Assembly: GCA_963710605.1 (NCBI GenBank)
Contig: CAVQBA010000004.1
Coordinates: 608,001-672,000 of the forward strand
DNA: 64,000 nt
Direction: 5' to 3'
From: an uncultured cyanobacterium
Lineage (GTDB): Bacteria; Cyanobacteriota; Cyanobacteriia; Cyanobacteriales; Cyanobacteriaceae
Translations under genes and position numbers: made by a program
Part shown: piece by piece, positions 47,700 to 58,017 of the stretch
Layout: each line of letters starts with the position of its first letter
Position numbering within the stretch: the first letter of the stretch is position 1
The notes under the pieces: generated by a model
The model's input: the letters and a program-made list of their open reading frames with translations, nothing else
What the model was told of the DNA's origin: nothing
Databases searched by the model: none

Positions 47700-48533
47700 A
47701 TGCCGATATTAATCAATCAAAAACCGATCGATACCTTGAAGTTTCCTGCGGGAGAAAGTCATGTGACTGTATCACCGAAGCAGATTACCCAGACAATTGA
47801 CATTGAAGCATTATTAGATAGTAACGATCGTATTATGGAATTGTTATTAACAATAGATGCTGTACGCCGTCTCAATCCAATTGCCAAAATTGAGCTGACA
47901 ATACCTTACTTTCCTTATGCCCGACAAGATCGAGTTTGTAACGCAGGAGAGGCTTTGAGTGTGAAGGTGATGGCGAATTTGATTAATAGTTTAAAATGCG
48001 ATCGAGTCACAATAATCGATCCTCATTCAGACGTTACCCCCGCCTTATTAAATAACTGCGATGTAATTACTCAAGCCGATATTATCGCTAAAAGTAACCT
48101 TGCAGGGCGAATCAAGGAAGAAAACTGGGCTTTAATTGCTCCCGATGCAGGTGCAGTCAAAAAGACTCAGCAAGTAGCCAAAAGTCTAGCTAGTGAAGAT
48201 TTTCTCCCCGATATTTTATACGCCGATAAAGTCAGGAATACGAAGACAGGTAAAATCACCCATACCAGATTTAAGGGTGAGGTAAACAAACGCAAAGTTT
48301 TAATTATCGATGATATTTGCGATGGTGGTAAAACTTTTATTGAATTAGCCAAGGTTTTACAAGCTAAAGGTGTAGAACAAATATATCTGTATATCACCCA
48401 TGGTATTTTTTCTTATGGTTTGGAAGTATTACAACCATATTTTCAAAAGATTTATTGTTATCACACTTTTTTGTCATCACCGCAACAAGACAGTGATTTT
48501 ATAACTATTCTCAAACCAACTATTAGCGATTAA
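47700..48533 (+). CDS. prs: Divergent ribose-phosphate pyrophosphokinase-like protein
   Basis: FPAGESHV, PYFPYARQDR, APDAGA, IIDDICDGGKTF, THGIFS. Confidence 0.88.
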   Translation: MPILINQKPIDTLKFPAGESHVTVSPKQITQTIDIEALLDSNDRIMELLLTIDAVRRLNPIAKIELTIPYFPYARQDRVCNAGEALSVKVMANLINSLKCDRVTIIDPHSDVTPALLNNCDVITQADIIAKSNLAGRIKEENWALIAPDAGAVKKTQQVAKSLASEDFLPDILYADKVRNTKTGKITHTRFKGEVNKRKVLIIDDICDGGKTFIELAKVLQAKGVEQIYLYITHGIFSYGLEVLQPYFQKIYCYHTFLSSPQQDSDFITILKPTISD

Positions 48534-48591
48534 AAGACTAAAGTCTTTACTACAAAAATTATTAACTCTTAACTCTTAACTCTTAACTATT

Positions 48592-50064
48592 ATGAATCCC
48601 TTAACAGCGATCGATTTTTACAAAACTGACCATCGTCGTCAATATCCCGAAGGTACAACCCAAGTATATGCAAACTTTACTCCTCGTAGCGGTCGTTTGG
48701 CTAACGTAATCGATCGAGATGACATCAAAGTAGTATTCTTTGGATTGCAATATTTCATTAAAGATTTTTTAATTGATACTTGGAATCAAGAATTTTTTGA
48801 GCGAGATAAAACCAAAGTTGTCAGTCAGTATAAAAGAAGGATGGATACATCTTTAGGTGAAAATACGATCGATACCGCTCATATCGAAGCCTTACACGAT
48901 TTAGGTTATCTACCTCTCAAAATTAAAGCCTTACCAGAAGGAAGTAAAGTGCCGATGGGAGTGCCAGTTTTAACAGTCGTCAATACTCATCCTGATTTTT
49001 TCTGGCTAACTAACTATATCGAAACAATTATGTCTTGCTATTTATGGAAACCAATCACCTCAGCTACCACTGCCTTTGAATACAAAAAATTATTAACTAA
49101 ATACGCTAAACTGACAGGAACACCTTTAGATGTTGTTCAGTTTCAAGCCCATGATTTTTCCTTCCGAGGTTTATCTAGTTGGCAAGATGCGGCGATTAGT
49201 GGGGCGGCACATCTAACTTCTTTTTATGGCACGGATACCGTTAGTGCGATCGATTTATTAGAAGAATATTATGATATTGATGCTACCCAAGAATTGATTG
49301 GTGCATCAGTACCTGCCACCGAACATTCTGTTATGTGTATGGGTACATCTGAAGGAGAATTAGAGACATTTCGCCGTTTAATTGAAGATATTTATCCTCA
49401 TGGTATCGTCTCGATCGTTTCTGATACATGGGATTTTTGGCAGGTAATTACAGAATATCTAGTTTTATTAAAACAAAAAATTCTCGATCGTCAAGGAAAA
49501 GTTGTTATTCGTCCAGATAGTGGCAATCCTGTTAAAATTATTTGTGGTGATGATGATGCACCTATCGATACTCCTGAATATAAAGGGGCGGTTGAATGTT
49601 TGTGGGAGATTTTTGGAGGTACAAAAACCGAAACGGGATACAAAATGTTAGACTCTCACATTGGTTTAATTTACGGTGATTCAATTACATTGACTAGAGC
49701 AACAGAGATTTTACAAAAATTAAAAGCTAAAGGTTTTACTTCGGGTAATATTGTCTTTGGAGTTGGCTCTTATACTTATCAATATGTCACCCGTGACAAT
49801 TTTGGTTTTGCGGTTAAAGCCACTAGTGGTATCGTCAACCAAGAGCGTCGTGATATATTTAAAAATCCGAAAACGGGTAATGGTGAAAAAAAATCGGCTA
49901 GAGGTTTATTACGTGTCGAGAAAAAAGACGGTACTTTTGTTTTATACGAGCAACAAACACCAAACCAAGAAGCCCAAGGAGAATTAAAACCTATTTTTGT
50001 TGATAGTAAACTGGTTAAAACTCATAGTTTGACTGATATTCGTGCAAGAATAGTTAATAATTGA
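48592..50064 (+). CDS. nadV: Nicotinamide phosphoribosyltransferase-like protein
   Basis: DFYKTDHRRQYP, HDFSFRG, VPATEHSVM, VSDTWD, IRPDSG, IYGDSIT, KKSARG. Confidence 0.88.
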   Translation: MNPLTAIDFYKTDHRRQYPEGTTQVYANFTPRSGRLANVIDRDDIKVVFFGLQYFIKDFLIDTWNQEFFERDKTKVVSQYKRRMDTSLGENTIDTAHIEALHDLGYLPLKIKALPEGSKVPMGVPVLTVVNTHPDFFWLTNYIETIMSCYLWKPITSATTAFEYKKLLTKYAKLTGTPLDVVQFQAHDFSFRGLSSWQDAAISGAAHLTSFYGTDTVSAIDLLEEYYDIDATQELIGASVPATEHSVMCMGTSEGELETFRRLIEDIYPHGIVSIVSDTWDFWQVITEYLVLLKQKILDRQGKVVIRPDSGNPVKIICGDDDAPIDTPEYKGAVECLWEIFGGTKTETGYKMLDSHIGLIYGDSITLTRATEILQKLKAKGFTSGNIVFGVGSYTYQYVTRDNFGFAVKATSGIVNQERRDIFKNPKTGNGEKKSARGLLRVEKKDGTFVLYEQQTPNQEAQGELKPIFVDSKLVKTHSLTDIRARIVNN

Positions 50065-50126
50065 CAATTGATAAGAGTTTTATTATTTATTGCTAATTAC
50101 TAATTGCTAATTGCTAATTGTTTCTT

Positions 50127-50870
50127 ATGGATTGACAAACTTATAATTCAGAAAAAGAGTTTCTTAGTAATTATAATCCGAATATTTACGATCGTCCTAG
50201 TACATCAGTCGATACGGTTATATTTACTGTTTTTGATGGTGCGTTGCAAGTATTGTTAGTCAAACGAGACGATTATCCTTTTAAACATCAATGGGCGTTA
50301 GTTGGCGGTTTTATTGACCTTAAAAACGATCGTACTCTAGAAGATACAGCTAAAGGTAAATTAGCCGAAAAGACAGGGGTAGAAACTTCTTATCTAGAAC
50401 AATGTATGACGATCGGTAATAAAAATCGTGACCCTAGAGGATGGTCTGTTACTACAGTATATTTTGCTTTGTTGCCTTACGAACAAATTAAACTAAAAGC
50501 GGGTAAAGGTGCAGTTGACATTAAATGGTCGATCGTTACTGATAATAAAGTTATAGAAGATTTAGCTTTCGATCATAACCTCATTTTAGAGCAAGCGATC
50601 GATCGTTTACGTAACAAAGTACTTTACACCACTTTACCTGCTTATCTAATGCCCGAATTATTTACATTTAGAGATTTACAAACTGTCTATGAAATAATAC
50701 TCGATCGACAATTAGAAGTTAAGTCTTTTCGTCGTCGGATAGATAAAGCCAATATCCTTGAAGCAACTTCTCAAACTCGTCAGGATGCCAAACGCCCTGC
50801 AAAATTATATCGCTTGAAAGATAATGTTAATCCTTACTTCTTTTTAAGAAACCTCGAAGGAGCGATGTGA
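50127..50870 (+). CDS. nrtR: Nudix-related transcriptional regulator NrtR; in-frame TGA at codon 3
   Basis: ATG GAT TGA then QTYNSEKEFLSNYNPNIYDRPSTSVDTVIF in frame with the track ORF; WALVGGF, RDPRGW, LAFDH, FTFRDLQTVYE, FRRR, RPAKLY. Confidence 0.88.
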
Positions 50871-50887
50871 AATAATGGAGAATCGAT

Positions 50888-51032
50888 CGTAGGGGTGCAA
50901 GCGGTGGAATCCCGCGTCGGCGTAAGACGCAAGGGAACGTCCACCAAGACAGGTTTGCACCCAAATGACTCTTTTAAATACGATCTCGACATAACCCTAT
51001 GATTAAAGGGTTGAATAATATTCAACCCCTAC
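50888..51032. repeat. Inverted REP doublet whose left hairpin is interrupted by a 50-bp insertion
   Basis: CGTAGGGGTGCAA[50 bp]AGGTTTGCACCC ... AGGGTTGAATAATATTCAACCCCTAC. Confidence 0.75.
50901..50950 (+). mobile_element. 50-bp structured mini-element, copy 1
   Basis: 48/50 identical to 57801-57850. Confidence 0.8.
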
Positions 51033-51289
51033 AGCGGAATTTGTATTGTAGTTTTGGTTTAGCCTCAGAAAATTCGATCGAATAAGTGATACACAAAATA
51101 AAGTACGAAACCTAACAACTAAATTTTAAAGATATAAATCGAATCTTTCTTCAATCTAAAACAGCTTTAACTTCAGCAAAAATATCTATTTTTCATTATT
51201 CTTTACGAACTACTAACTTTTTAGTTTTTGTTTTCTACTGTTAAAATAATATTAAGTTTTGTTAAGTAATTAAATAGATAATTTGAAGT

Positions 51290-51877
51290 ATGGGTAATCA
51301 AACTAAAGAATGGGAATGTTTAGAGAATATCTGGCAAGGAGGAGAAGAATTAGTTAATTTAGGATTACCTCACTCTCAACTTGCCCCTGCATGGCAAATA
51401 TTATTACTCGGAGATGGTTCGCCAACCAGACATTTGAGACTATTAACCAATGAAACGATCGAGGTTGATGTCATTGATATGTCACCTGTAGGAAATGATA
51501 ACGGTGATGCACCTTTTGATTTAACTATGGTACCAGGACCTAGATTAAGAAGACAAGTTTGGTTGCGTACTGCTAGTGGGCAAAGATTGGCTTATGCCGC
51601 TTCATGGTGGGAAGAAGCCCACGTGGATGAATATTTACAAAATCGCTCTTTACCTATCTGGAAAAGTTTAGCTGATTTACATACCGAATTATATCGAGAT
51701 GTACAAGCTATTTATTATGGTGAATCTAAAGCATTAGAAGCCGATTTTGGTGAAAAAGGACCATTCTGGGGCAGACACTATTTATTTTGGCACGATCGTA
51801 AACCTTTGACTTTAATTTATGAAGTTTTTTCTCCTTATCTACAAAAATACTTAGGCAAGATGAAGAATGAGGGATAA
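51290..51877 (+). CDS. ubiC: Chorismate pyruvate-lyase (cyanobacterial DUF98/UbiC-like)
   Basis: LLLGDGSPTRHL, RRQVWLRTASGQRLAYAASWW, LIYEVFSP. Confidence 0.85.
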   Translation: MGNQTKEWECLENIWQGGEELVNLGLPHSQLAPAWQILLLGDGSPTRHLRLLTNETIEVDVIDMSPVGNDNGDAPFDLTMVPGPRLRRQVWLRTASGQRLAYAASWWEEAHVDEYLQNRSLPIWKSLADLHTELYRDVQAIYYGESKALEADFGEKGPFWGRHYLFWHDRKPLTLIYEVFSPYLQKYLGKMKNEG

Positions 51878-51942
51878 AGGATGAGGGATGAAGTATTTGG
51901 GACATTTCCATGAAAAAAAGTACCAGCCTCATTTTGATTTTA

Positions 51943-51979
51943 CCTCACCCCCAACCCCTCTCCTGCGAGGAGAAGGGAG
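51943..51979. repeat. C-rich dispersed repeat/hairpin
   Basis: CCTCACCCCCAACCCCTCTCCTGCGAGGAGAAGGGAG; related inverted copy at ~59502-59534. Confidence 0.6.
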
Positions 51980-52086
51980 TAAAAAAAACTTAAACTAATC
52001 GCTCTTGCTATTTTTATTAGTAGAAATCACCTTATTCTTAATTATCAATTATCAATTATCAATTCTCAATTATCAATTCTCAATTC

Positions 52087-52779
52087 TTATACATAGCCAT
52101 TTTGAGCTAAAAAATCGAGAGAAATATCTTCAGTTGCAGGTGAATTTTTACCCAAACGATGACTAACTAATCGATCGACATATTTACCCAAAATATCACT
52201 TTCAAGATTTACCCAATCTCCTATTTCTAGAGAAGCTAAATTAGTTTCTTGGTAAGTAACAGGAATAACAGCCACAGAAAACCAAGTAGCTTGTCGATCG
52301 ACTTCAGAGATAGTTAAACTGATACCATTAACCGAAATACTGCCTTTAGAAACTAAATAAGGAGCAAGATAATCTTCCCACTGAGATAAGAGCTTAGGTG
52401 GAGAGGTAAATTTTAATTCCCATGCTTTGGCAAGATTGACTGATTCAATTAAACAACCAATACCATCAACGTGTCCACTGACAAAATGTCCACCTATTTT
52501 ACTCCCAACTCTCAATGAAGTTTCTAAATTGACAGTTTTGTTTTGATTGATATTTTTACCTAAAATAGTCCGATTTAAAGTCTCAGGAGAAGCCGTTGCT
52601 ACAAAACCGCCTCGAATCATTCTTTCGACTGTCAGGCAAACACCATCAACAGCTACACTATCTCCTAAAGCTAAATCATGAGTAATCATCTGTTGACTTT
52701 CAGGCTCAATATCAATCGCAAACAAATCATTACCTAATGGCTTAACTTTACCAACTCCTTGAATCAAACCTGTAAACAT
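52087..52779 (-). CDS. ribE: Riboflavin synthase (alpha chain)
   Basis: MFTGLI, GDSVAVDGVCLTV, GGHFVSGHVDG, KGSISVNGISLT, VNLESDILGKYV. Confidence 0.96.
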   Translation of the reverse strand: MFTGLIQGVGKVKPLGNDLFAIDIEPESQQMITHDLALGDSVAVDGVCLTVERMIRGGFVATASPETLNRTILGKNINQNKTVNLETSLRVGSKIGGHFVSGHVDGIGCLIESVNLAKAWELKFTSPPKLLSQWEDYLAPYLVSKGSISVNGISLTISEVDRQATWFSVAVIPVTYQETNLASLEIGDWVNLESDILGKYVDRLVSHRLGKNSPATEDISLDFLAQNGYV

Positions 52780-52855
52780 AGATTAATAAATATATAGTGT
52801 GATTAACTTGATTAATAAATAAATAAACAAGAACAAAAATCTAACTTCTCAAATC

Positions 52856-55800
52856 TTAAATCTGTTCGTTATTATCAATCAATTCCTTAGCTGAGGTTAG
52901 CAATTCCTCCTCTAAATAAGGTTTGGTAAAATAAGCCTTTGCTCCTAAATCAGCTGCTATTTTACGATGTTTTTCGGCACCACGAGATGTCACCATCGCC
53001 ACAGGTAATTTAGACAATTCTTTATCTTGTTGCATTTTAGCTAATAATTCCAAACCATTCATTCTTGGCATTTCTATATCACATAGAAGTAAATTACAAG
53101 CTAAGCCATTAGATACTTTATCCCATGCTTCTTGTCCGTCTCTAGCTTGTTCGACTTGATAACCTGCTTTTTTGAATGTCATTGATAACATCTCTCTAAC
53201 TACCACTGAGTCATCGATAATTAAAACCATACGAGCGGTTTTAGGTTTGTTGTTTTTATTGACGGAAGAATTATGTAATGCTGAAGAATTATGTAATTTA
53301 TTAGCTCTCGGTTTTTGTGGTTTTTTAGTACTTCCTGCTAATAATACATCTCCATTAATCATTCTTTTTGCCGCATCAATTAAATCTCTTTCTACATAAG
53401 GTTTAACTAAATAAGCACAAGCCCCTAATTCAGCGGCAATTAATTGATGTTTCTGGGCACCACGAGAAGAGAGAATCGCAACAGGAATATTAGCTAAAGG
53501 TTCTTCTTTTTGCATATTTTGTAATAACTCTAAACCGTTCATTCTCGGCATTTCGATATCGCAAAATACTAAATCGCAAGGAAGCCCCGATCGTAGTTTT
53601 TGCCATGCTTCTTGTCCGTCTCTAGCTTGTTCGACTCGATATCCTGCTTTAGTAAAGCTCAAAGATAACATTTCTCTAACCGTGATTGAGTCATCAACGA
53701 TTAAGACGAAAGGTTGGTTATTGTCTATATCGTTAGTGAAGGAGTTACCAGAAAGATTTAGTGATTCTGGTAAGTTTAGGTTAGTATCTAAGCTGATATT
53801 ACCTTGAGCAATCTCAATTAATTCAATAACATCACCAATGGGCATCACAATCCCATCACTACGTACTGTAGCTCCCGAGATTCCTTTTGGTTTAGGTAAT
53901 GGCCCAGATATTTGTTTGATGACGATTTCTTCTTGCCCTAAAACTTGATCTACCTGAATGGCTAATAGATTGTTACCACCTCGTAAAATGATTATCGGGA
54001 CGGTTTCGTTTTCCGTATTACTGGTATAGACGATACTACGGGTAATTTGACGATTGTATCTTAATAAAGTACCTAAAGGGCGGAATGGTAATAGTTCGTT
54101 GTTCCAACTAATACATTTTTGTCCTTGGGCATTAACTTTAATTTCTTCAGCGGCAAAATCTTTAGTATCTTCGATCGCATCCATCGGAAAGGCGATTCTG
54201 GTATTATCATTCAGACAACATAAAGCTTTACCGACAGTAACTGTTAAAGGTAAACGAATCGTAAATGTACTTCCTTGCCCTAAAGTAGAGTCGATACTAA
54301 CGATGCCTCTAATTTCGTTTAATTTACTCCGAACAATATCTAAACCGACTCCTCTACCTGCATGACTATCTACTTTTTCTTTGGTGGTAAAACCGGCATT
54401 AAATAGAAAGTCGTAAATATCTTGACGTTTGAGGTGTTGAGCTTCAGTAGGAGTGACTAGTTTTCTCTGAATTGCTTTTTTCTTAATAACTTGCGGATCG
54501 ATACCCGCTCCATCATCAGAGACAGAGATTACGGTTTGTTGCCCTTGCAAAAAGGCTCTGACGGTGATTGTACCTTGGGCTGGTTTACCTAATGCTTCTC
54601 TTTCTTCAGGTAATTCTGTTCCGTGAGTAACTGAATTTTTTGTAAGTTGTAAAAGAGGATCCCAGATATGTTCTAAGATCATTTTATCGATTAAAACTTC
54701 TCTACCTTCAATTTTTAGTTGTACTTGTTTGTGATAACTTTCAGCTATTTTACGAATCGGTAAGGGTAAACGATCGGCATTTTGGGCAAACGGTACCATC
54801 CTCGATTTGTTAATCCCTTCTTGTAGTTGGGTTGTTACTTCTCGTAAATTACGACCTAATTGATCTGTTTCATCTACTAGAAACTGAATGTCTGAGGTTG
54901 ATTCTCGCACCTTAACAATTAATTCAATAATTTCTTGTGATAGTAAATGGAAACCTGTAAAACGATCGAGTTCTAATTCATCTAATTGAGGAGATTTATT
55001 TTTAAGATTAGTTTTAGTAATTTTATAAGGCTTATCCGAATTTTTATTAATACTCGTTATTTGATTTCTAGCTAACTGAGCTTGTACTGTCGCTTGATTA
55101 CGACGACGACTATCCATTAATGAGCCTTCTAGCAAACTTCTTTCGTACAAATCTTGCATCCGACTACTAACATCACTCAAATTTTGAACTTGACTGAGTA
55201 AATTATCTAAAAATTGTCTGAGTTTATCTTGATCTTCTTCTAAACGATTACGTCTAACAACCATTTCCCCAATTAAATTATTCAGGTTATCTAGTTGTTT
55301 GACAGGTACACGCATACTTTGCTCAAATACTCTACCAAGATTAGTAGTTTTGTTATTAGCATTTTTACCACGAGTATTCGGTTTCCATTTTGCCTGTGTT
55401 GCTGAGACATTTTCAGCTTGAGCGAGAAGTTTATCTAAGTCACTTAATGAAGACAAAGAAGCAAGCTCAGGTTTTTTTTCTTCAAATTGAGTTAAATTAT
55501 TTTCGATTTCGACACTTTCTACTATTTGCTCTAATTCTTGCCAATTAATCTGCGTTTGGTATTTAGAAGCCAAATTTAATAATTTATCTAATTCACTATT
55601 ATCTTCGTAATAGTTAATCTTTTCTTCTTCTTGTTGTGAAACCAGAGAATCTAATTCACCACGTAAATCTATTTCTAACCAAGAGCAAGAAGAAGCGAGT
55701 ATTTGTTCTAACTCAGTGAATTGATCATAATAAATAGTTTTATTATCTTTAAGATTAAACGGTTTAAGAATTTGGAATGTGCTTACACTACCTGTACTGG

Positions 55801-56896
55801 GAAAATTGTCTTCTATATCTAAATCATCTAAACTGTTAAGAATTTCTTCTAGTTCAAAATTATCCTCTTCATCTTCACTATTTTCTGAATCTCGCTCCTC
55901 AAAAGTAGAAGTGTTTTCCTGAGTTAAGGTAAAAAGATTATCAAAGTCATCTAATTGATCAACATCAAAGTTTTCTTGACTAATGGTGAGTTGAGAATTT
56001 TGCTCCGTCTCCATTGGGGAGTCTAAATCTAAGCTATCGAATAACTGATCAAATTGTTCATTTTCGTCAAATTCTTCTATTTCCACTGGTGAAGATTCAA
56101 TCACTTCTTCAAAAATTATTTCTGATTCATCTTGATTCCATTGATCTATATCTAACTCTTGACTAATTCGGCTATTTTCTAATAAATTTTCCAAAGCATC
56201 TGTTTCTTCATTTTTCTGATAACTATTGATTGCGGTATCTTGCTCTTGGATAAACACACCACTAATTTGTTCGTCATCATCTTCAAAATCATCATCTAGC
56301 CAATTTTCAAATAAATTATCTGTATCGTCTAACTCTAATGTTTCGTCTTCTGGAGTAACTTGTTCACCAAAATCAACACCTAAAGATTCTTCTGCGATTG
56401 AATTATTCGGCACTAAATCAGCTTTTTCCTGATTCGTTTCACCCCATAAGTCTGTATTTAATGTAGTGCTGGTAATTTGCTCTTGCTCTTCAATTGTTTC
56501 TTCTTCTGTAAAAATTGTTTGTATATCCATCAATCTCGCTCTAACTTGAGGAGCGAGTTTTTGTAGTTTGTTACTAGCACAAATAGAGTTAACATTATTT
56601 TGGATTAATTGTTCGCTAGCGGCTTTGATTTCTTTAATTATTAGTTTGGTTGTTGATTGAAAATCGTTTTTGGGTTCAACGATTGCTATTTTTGCCGTTT
56701 CCATCAAATCTACCCAACCAAAAAGGTTTTGTTTTTTCCCTTGAGCTGATAAATAGTCACAATGCCCCCTCAATTTTTCTCGATGACGACTACTATCACC
56801 TTGTTTGAGAATTTTTAACATTTCTCCTAAACGTAGAAGTGTCTGCTTATATAATTTTTGGACTTTTTGGGCTTGTTCGCTGGTAAACATAAACAC
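52856..56896 (-). CDS. CheA-like kinase (PilL-C-like): acidic linker, dimerisation domain, HATPase, CheW, two receiver domains
   Basis: MRVPVKQLDNLNNLIGEMVV, SRMVPF, DDGAGID, GRGVGLDIV, LIVDDSITVRE and LIIDDSVVVRE. Confidence 0.88.
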   Translation of the reverse strand: MFMFTSEQAQKVQKLYKQTLLRLGEMLKILKQGDSSRHREKLRGHCDYLSAQGKKQNLFGWVDLMETAKIAIVEPKNDFQSTTKLIIKEIKAASEQLIQNNVNSICASNKLQKLAPQVRARLMDIQTIFTEEETIEEQEQITSTTLNTDLWGETNQEKADLVPNNSIAEESLGVDFGEQVTPEDETLELDDTDNLFENWLDDDFEDDDEQISGVFIQEQDTAINSYQKNEETDALENLLENSRISQELDIDQWNQDESEIIFEEVIESSPVEIEEFDENEQFDQLFDSLDLDSPMETEQNSQLTISQENFDVDQLDDFDNLFTLTQENTSTFEERDSENSEDEEDNFELEEILNSLDDLDIEDNFPSTGSVSTFQILKPFNLKDNKTIYYDQFTELEQILASSCSWLEIDLRGELDSLVSQQEEEKINYYEDNSELDKLLNLASKYQTQINWQELEQIVESVEIENNLTQFEEKKPELASLSSLSDLDKLLAQAENVSATQAKWKPNTRGKNANNKTTNLGRVFEQSMRVPVKQLDNLNNLIGEMVVRRNRLEEDQDKLRQFLDNLLSQVQNLSDVSSRMQDLYERSLLEGSLMDSRRRNQATVQAQLARNQITSINKNSDKPYKITKTNLKNKSPQLDELELDRFTGFHLLSQEIIELIVKVRESTSDIQFLVDETDQLGRNLREVTTQLQEGINKSRMVPFAQNADRLPLPIRKIAESYHKQVQLKIEGREVLIDKMILEHIWDPLLQLTKNSVTHGTELPEEREALGKPAQGTITVRAFLQGQQTVISVSDDGAGIDPQVIKKKAIQRKLVTPTEAQHLKRQDIYDFLFNAGFTTKEKVDSHAGRGVGLDIVRSKLNEIRGIVSIDSTLGQGSTFTIRLPLTVTVGKALCCLNDNTRIAFPMDAIEDTKDFAAEEIKVNAQGQKCISWNNELLPFRPLGTLLRYNRQITRSIVYTSNTENETVPIIILRGGNNLLAIQVDQVLGQEEIVIKQISGPLPKPKGISGATVRSDGIVMPIGDVIELIEIAQGNISLDTNLNLPESLNLSGNSFTNDIDNNQPFVLIVDDSITVREMLSLSFTKAGYRVEQARDGQEAWQKLRSGLPCDLVFCDIEMPRMNGLELLQNMQKEEPLANIPVAILSSRGAQKHQLIAAELGACAYLVKPYVERDLIDAAKRMINGDVLLAGSTKKPQKPRANKLHNSSALHNSSVNKNNKPKTARMVLIIDDSVVVREMLSMTFKKAGYQVEQARDGQEAWDKVSNGLACNLLLCDIEMPRMNGLELLAKMQQDKELSKLPVAMVTSRGAEKHRKIAADLGAKAYFTKPYLEEELLTSAKELIDNNEQI

Positions 56897-57800
56897 TTAA
56901 AAAAATTGGTAAATTTTCACTTACAGTTTCAGTTAACAATTAGTCTGCTCGATCGACTTGCGAATAATGATTAATCAATCAATTAATCACCAACCTTTAT
57001 GATCAACTTAGAAGTTTCGCTTAATCGGTATTTTTTGAGAGAAAACAAAAAGTTCAAGTTAATGAATAGTTTGTTTAATTAAATTTAATCAATCATAATC
57101 AATAATTCTGCTTAAATCAGTCGGCAAGTACACATAATTTATTTTTTATTGGTCAAATACAATTTTTTAACTTACTTCTTTCTAGAAAACCATCAATTTA
57201 TTAATCTGAATTAAAGCAAGAAAAACAGCTAATTAGTTTTGTTTTGACATTTACTTTTTTCTTAGTATATGATTATTTAGGTAACTGAGGAAAAATAAAA
57301 ATCTAGATTAGGTGAAAGAATATATCGAACTTAATTTTAGTTTTGATTAACAATTAGTTGAGCTTCAAACAAAGGTTAGTTAGTTAACTGATTTTGATTT
57401 GATCACTTAGTTATATTTTCGATGATTGCGGATGAGTTCGTATCGAGTTGTGCAAAAATCGTCTTAGTTGTTTATGACTGATATTTACAACAATGCTCAG
57501 TATTTTTTTGTTTAGTATAACTCAATCATAGCTTTTTTTTAGTCATTAGTTGCTTATTTGTCAACTGTCTTTGTCAAAGTAACTAGTGTCTAGTAGTAAT
57601 AGCTTAGCTCACTACACTACACACGATCGATCGCCTCTAACACGACAAACGTTAACTACTTAGCCTTAGCAATTGATACCTAAGACGATCGATAATAACT
57701 ATCAGTCAAAAGGGCACTCGTGCAAGTTAGGTGTTAAAAGTTAAAAAAGGCACTCCATGCAAGAGTTGAATTCACTCATTCTCCTTACTCCTTACTCCTT

Positions 57801-57850
57801 GCGGTGGAAGCCCGCGTCGGCGTAAGACGCAAGGGAATGTCCACCAAGAC
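57801..57850 (+). mobile_element. 50-bp structured mini-element, copy 2, inside a CTCCTTA heptamer array
   Basis: CTCCTT[GCGGTGG...CCACCAAGAC]ACTCCTTA. Confidence 0.8.
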
Positions 57851-58017
57851 ACTCCTTACTCCTTACTCCTTACTTCTTACTCATTACTCCTTACTCCTTA
57901 CTCCTTACTTCTTACTCATTACTCATTACCCTTGATTTTTTGGTAACGATGAATTATCAATTGTTCATTGCTATACTATCAAAGGTTAAATATTAAATAT
58001 TAGGTAGGTTTTCAAGC

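Noticed and set aside
56897-57700. Long non-coding region upstream of the CheA-like gene as possible ncRNA
   Set aside because: No supportable motif or stable structure identified by eye
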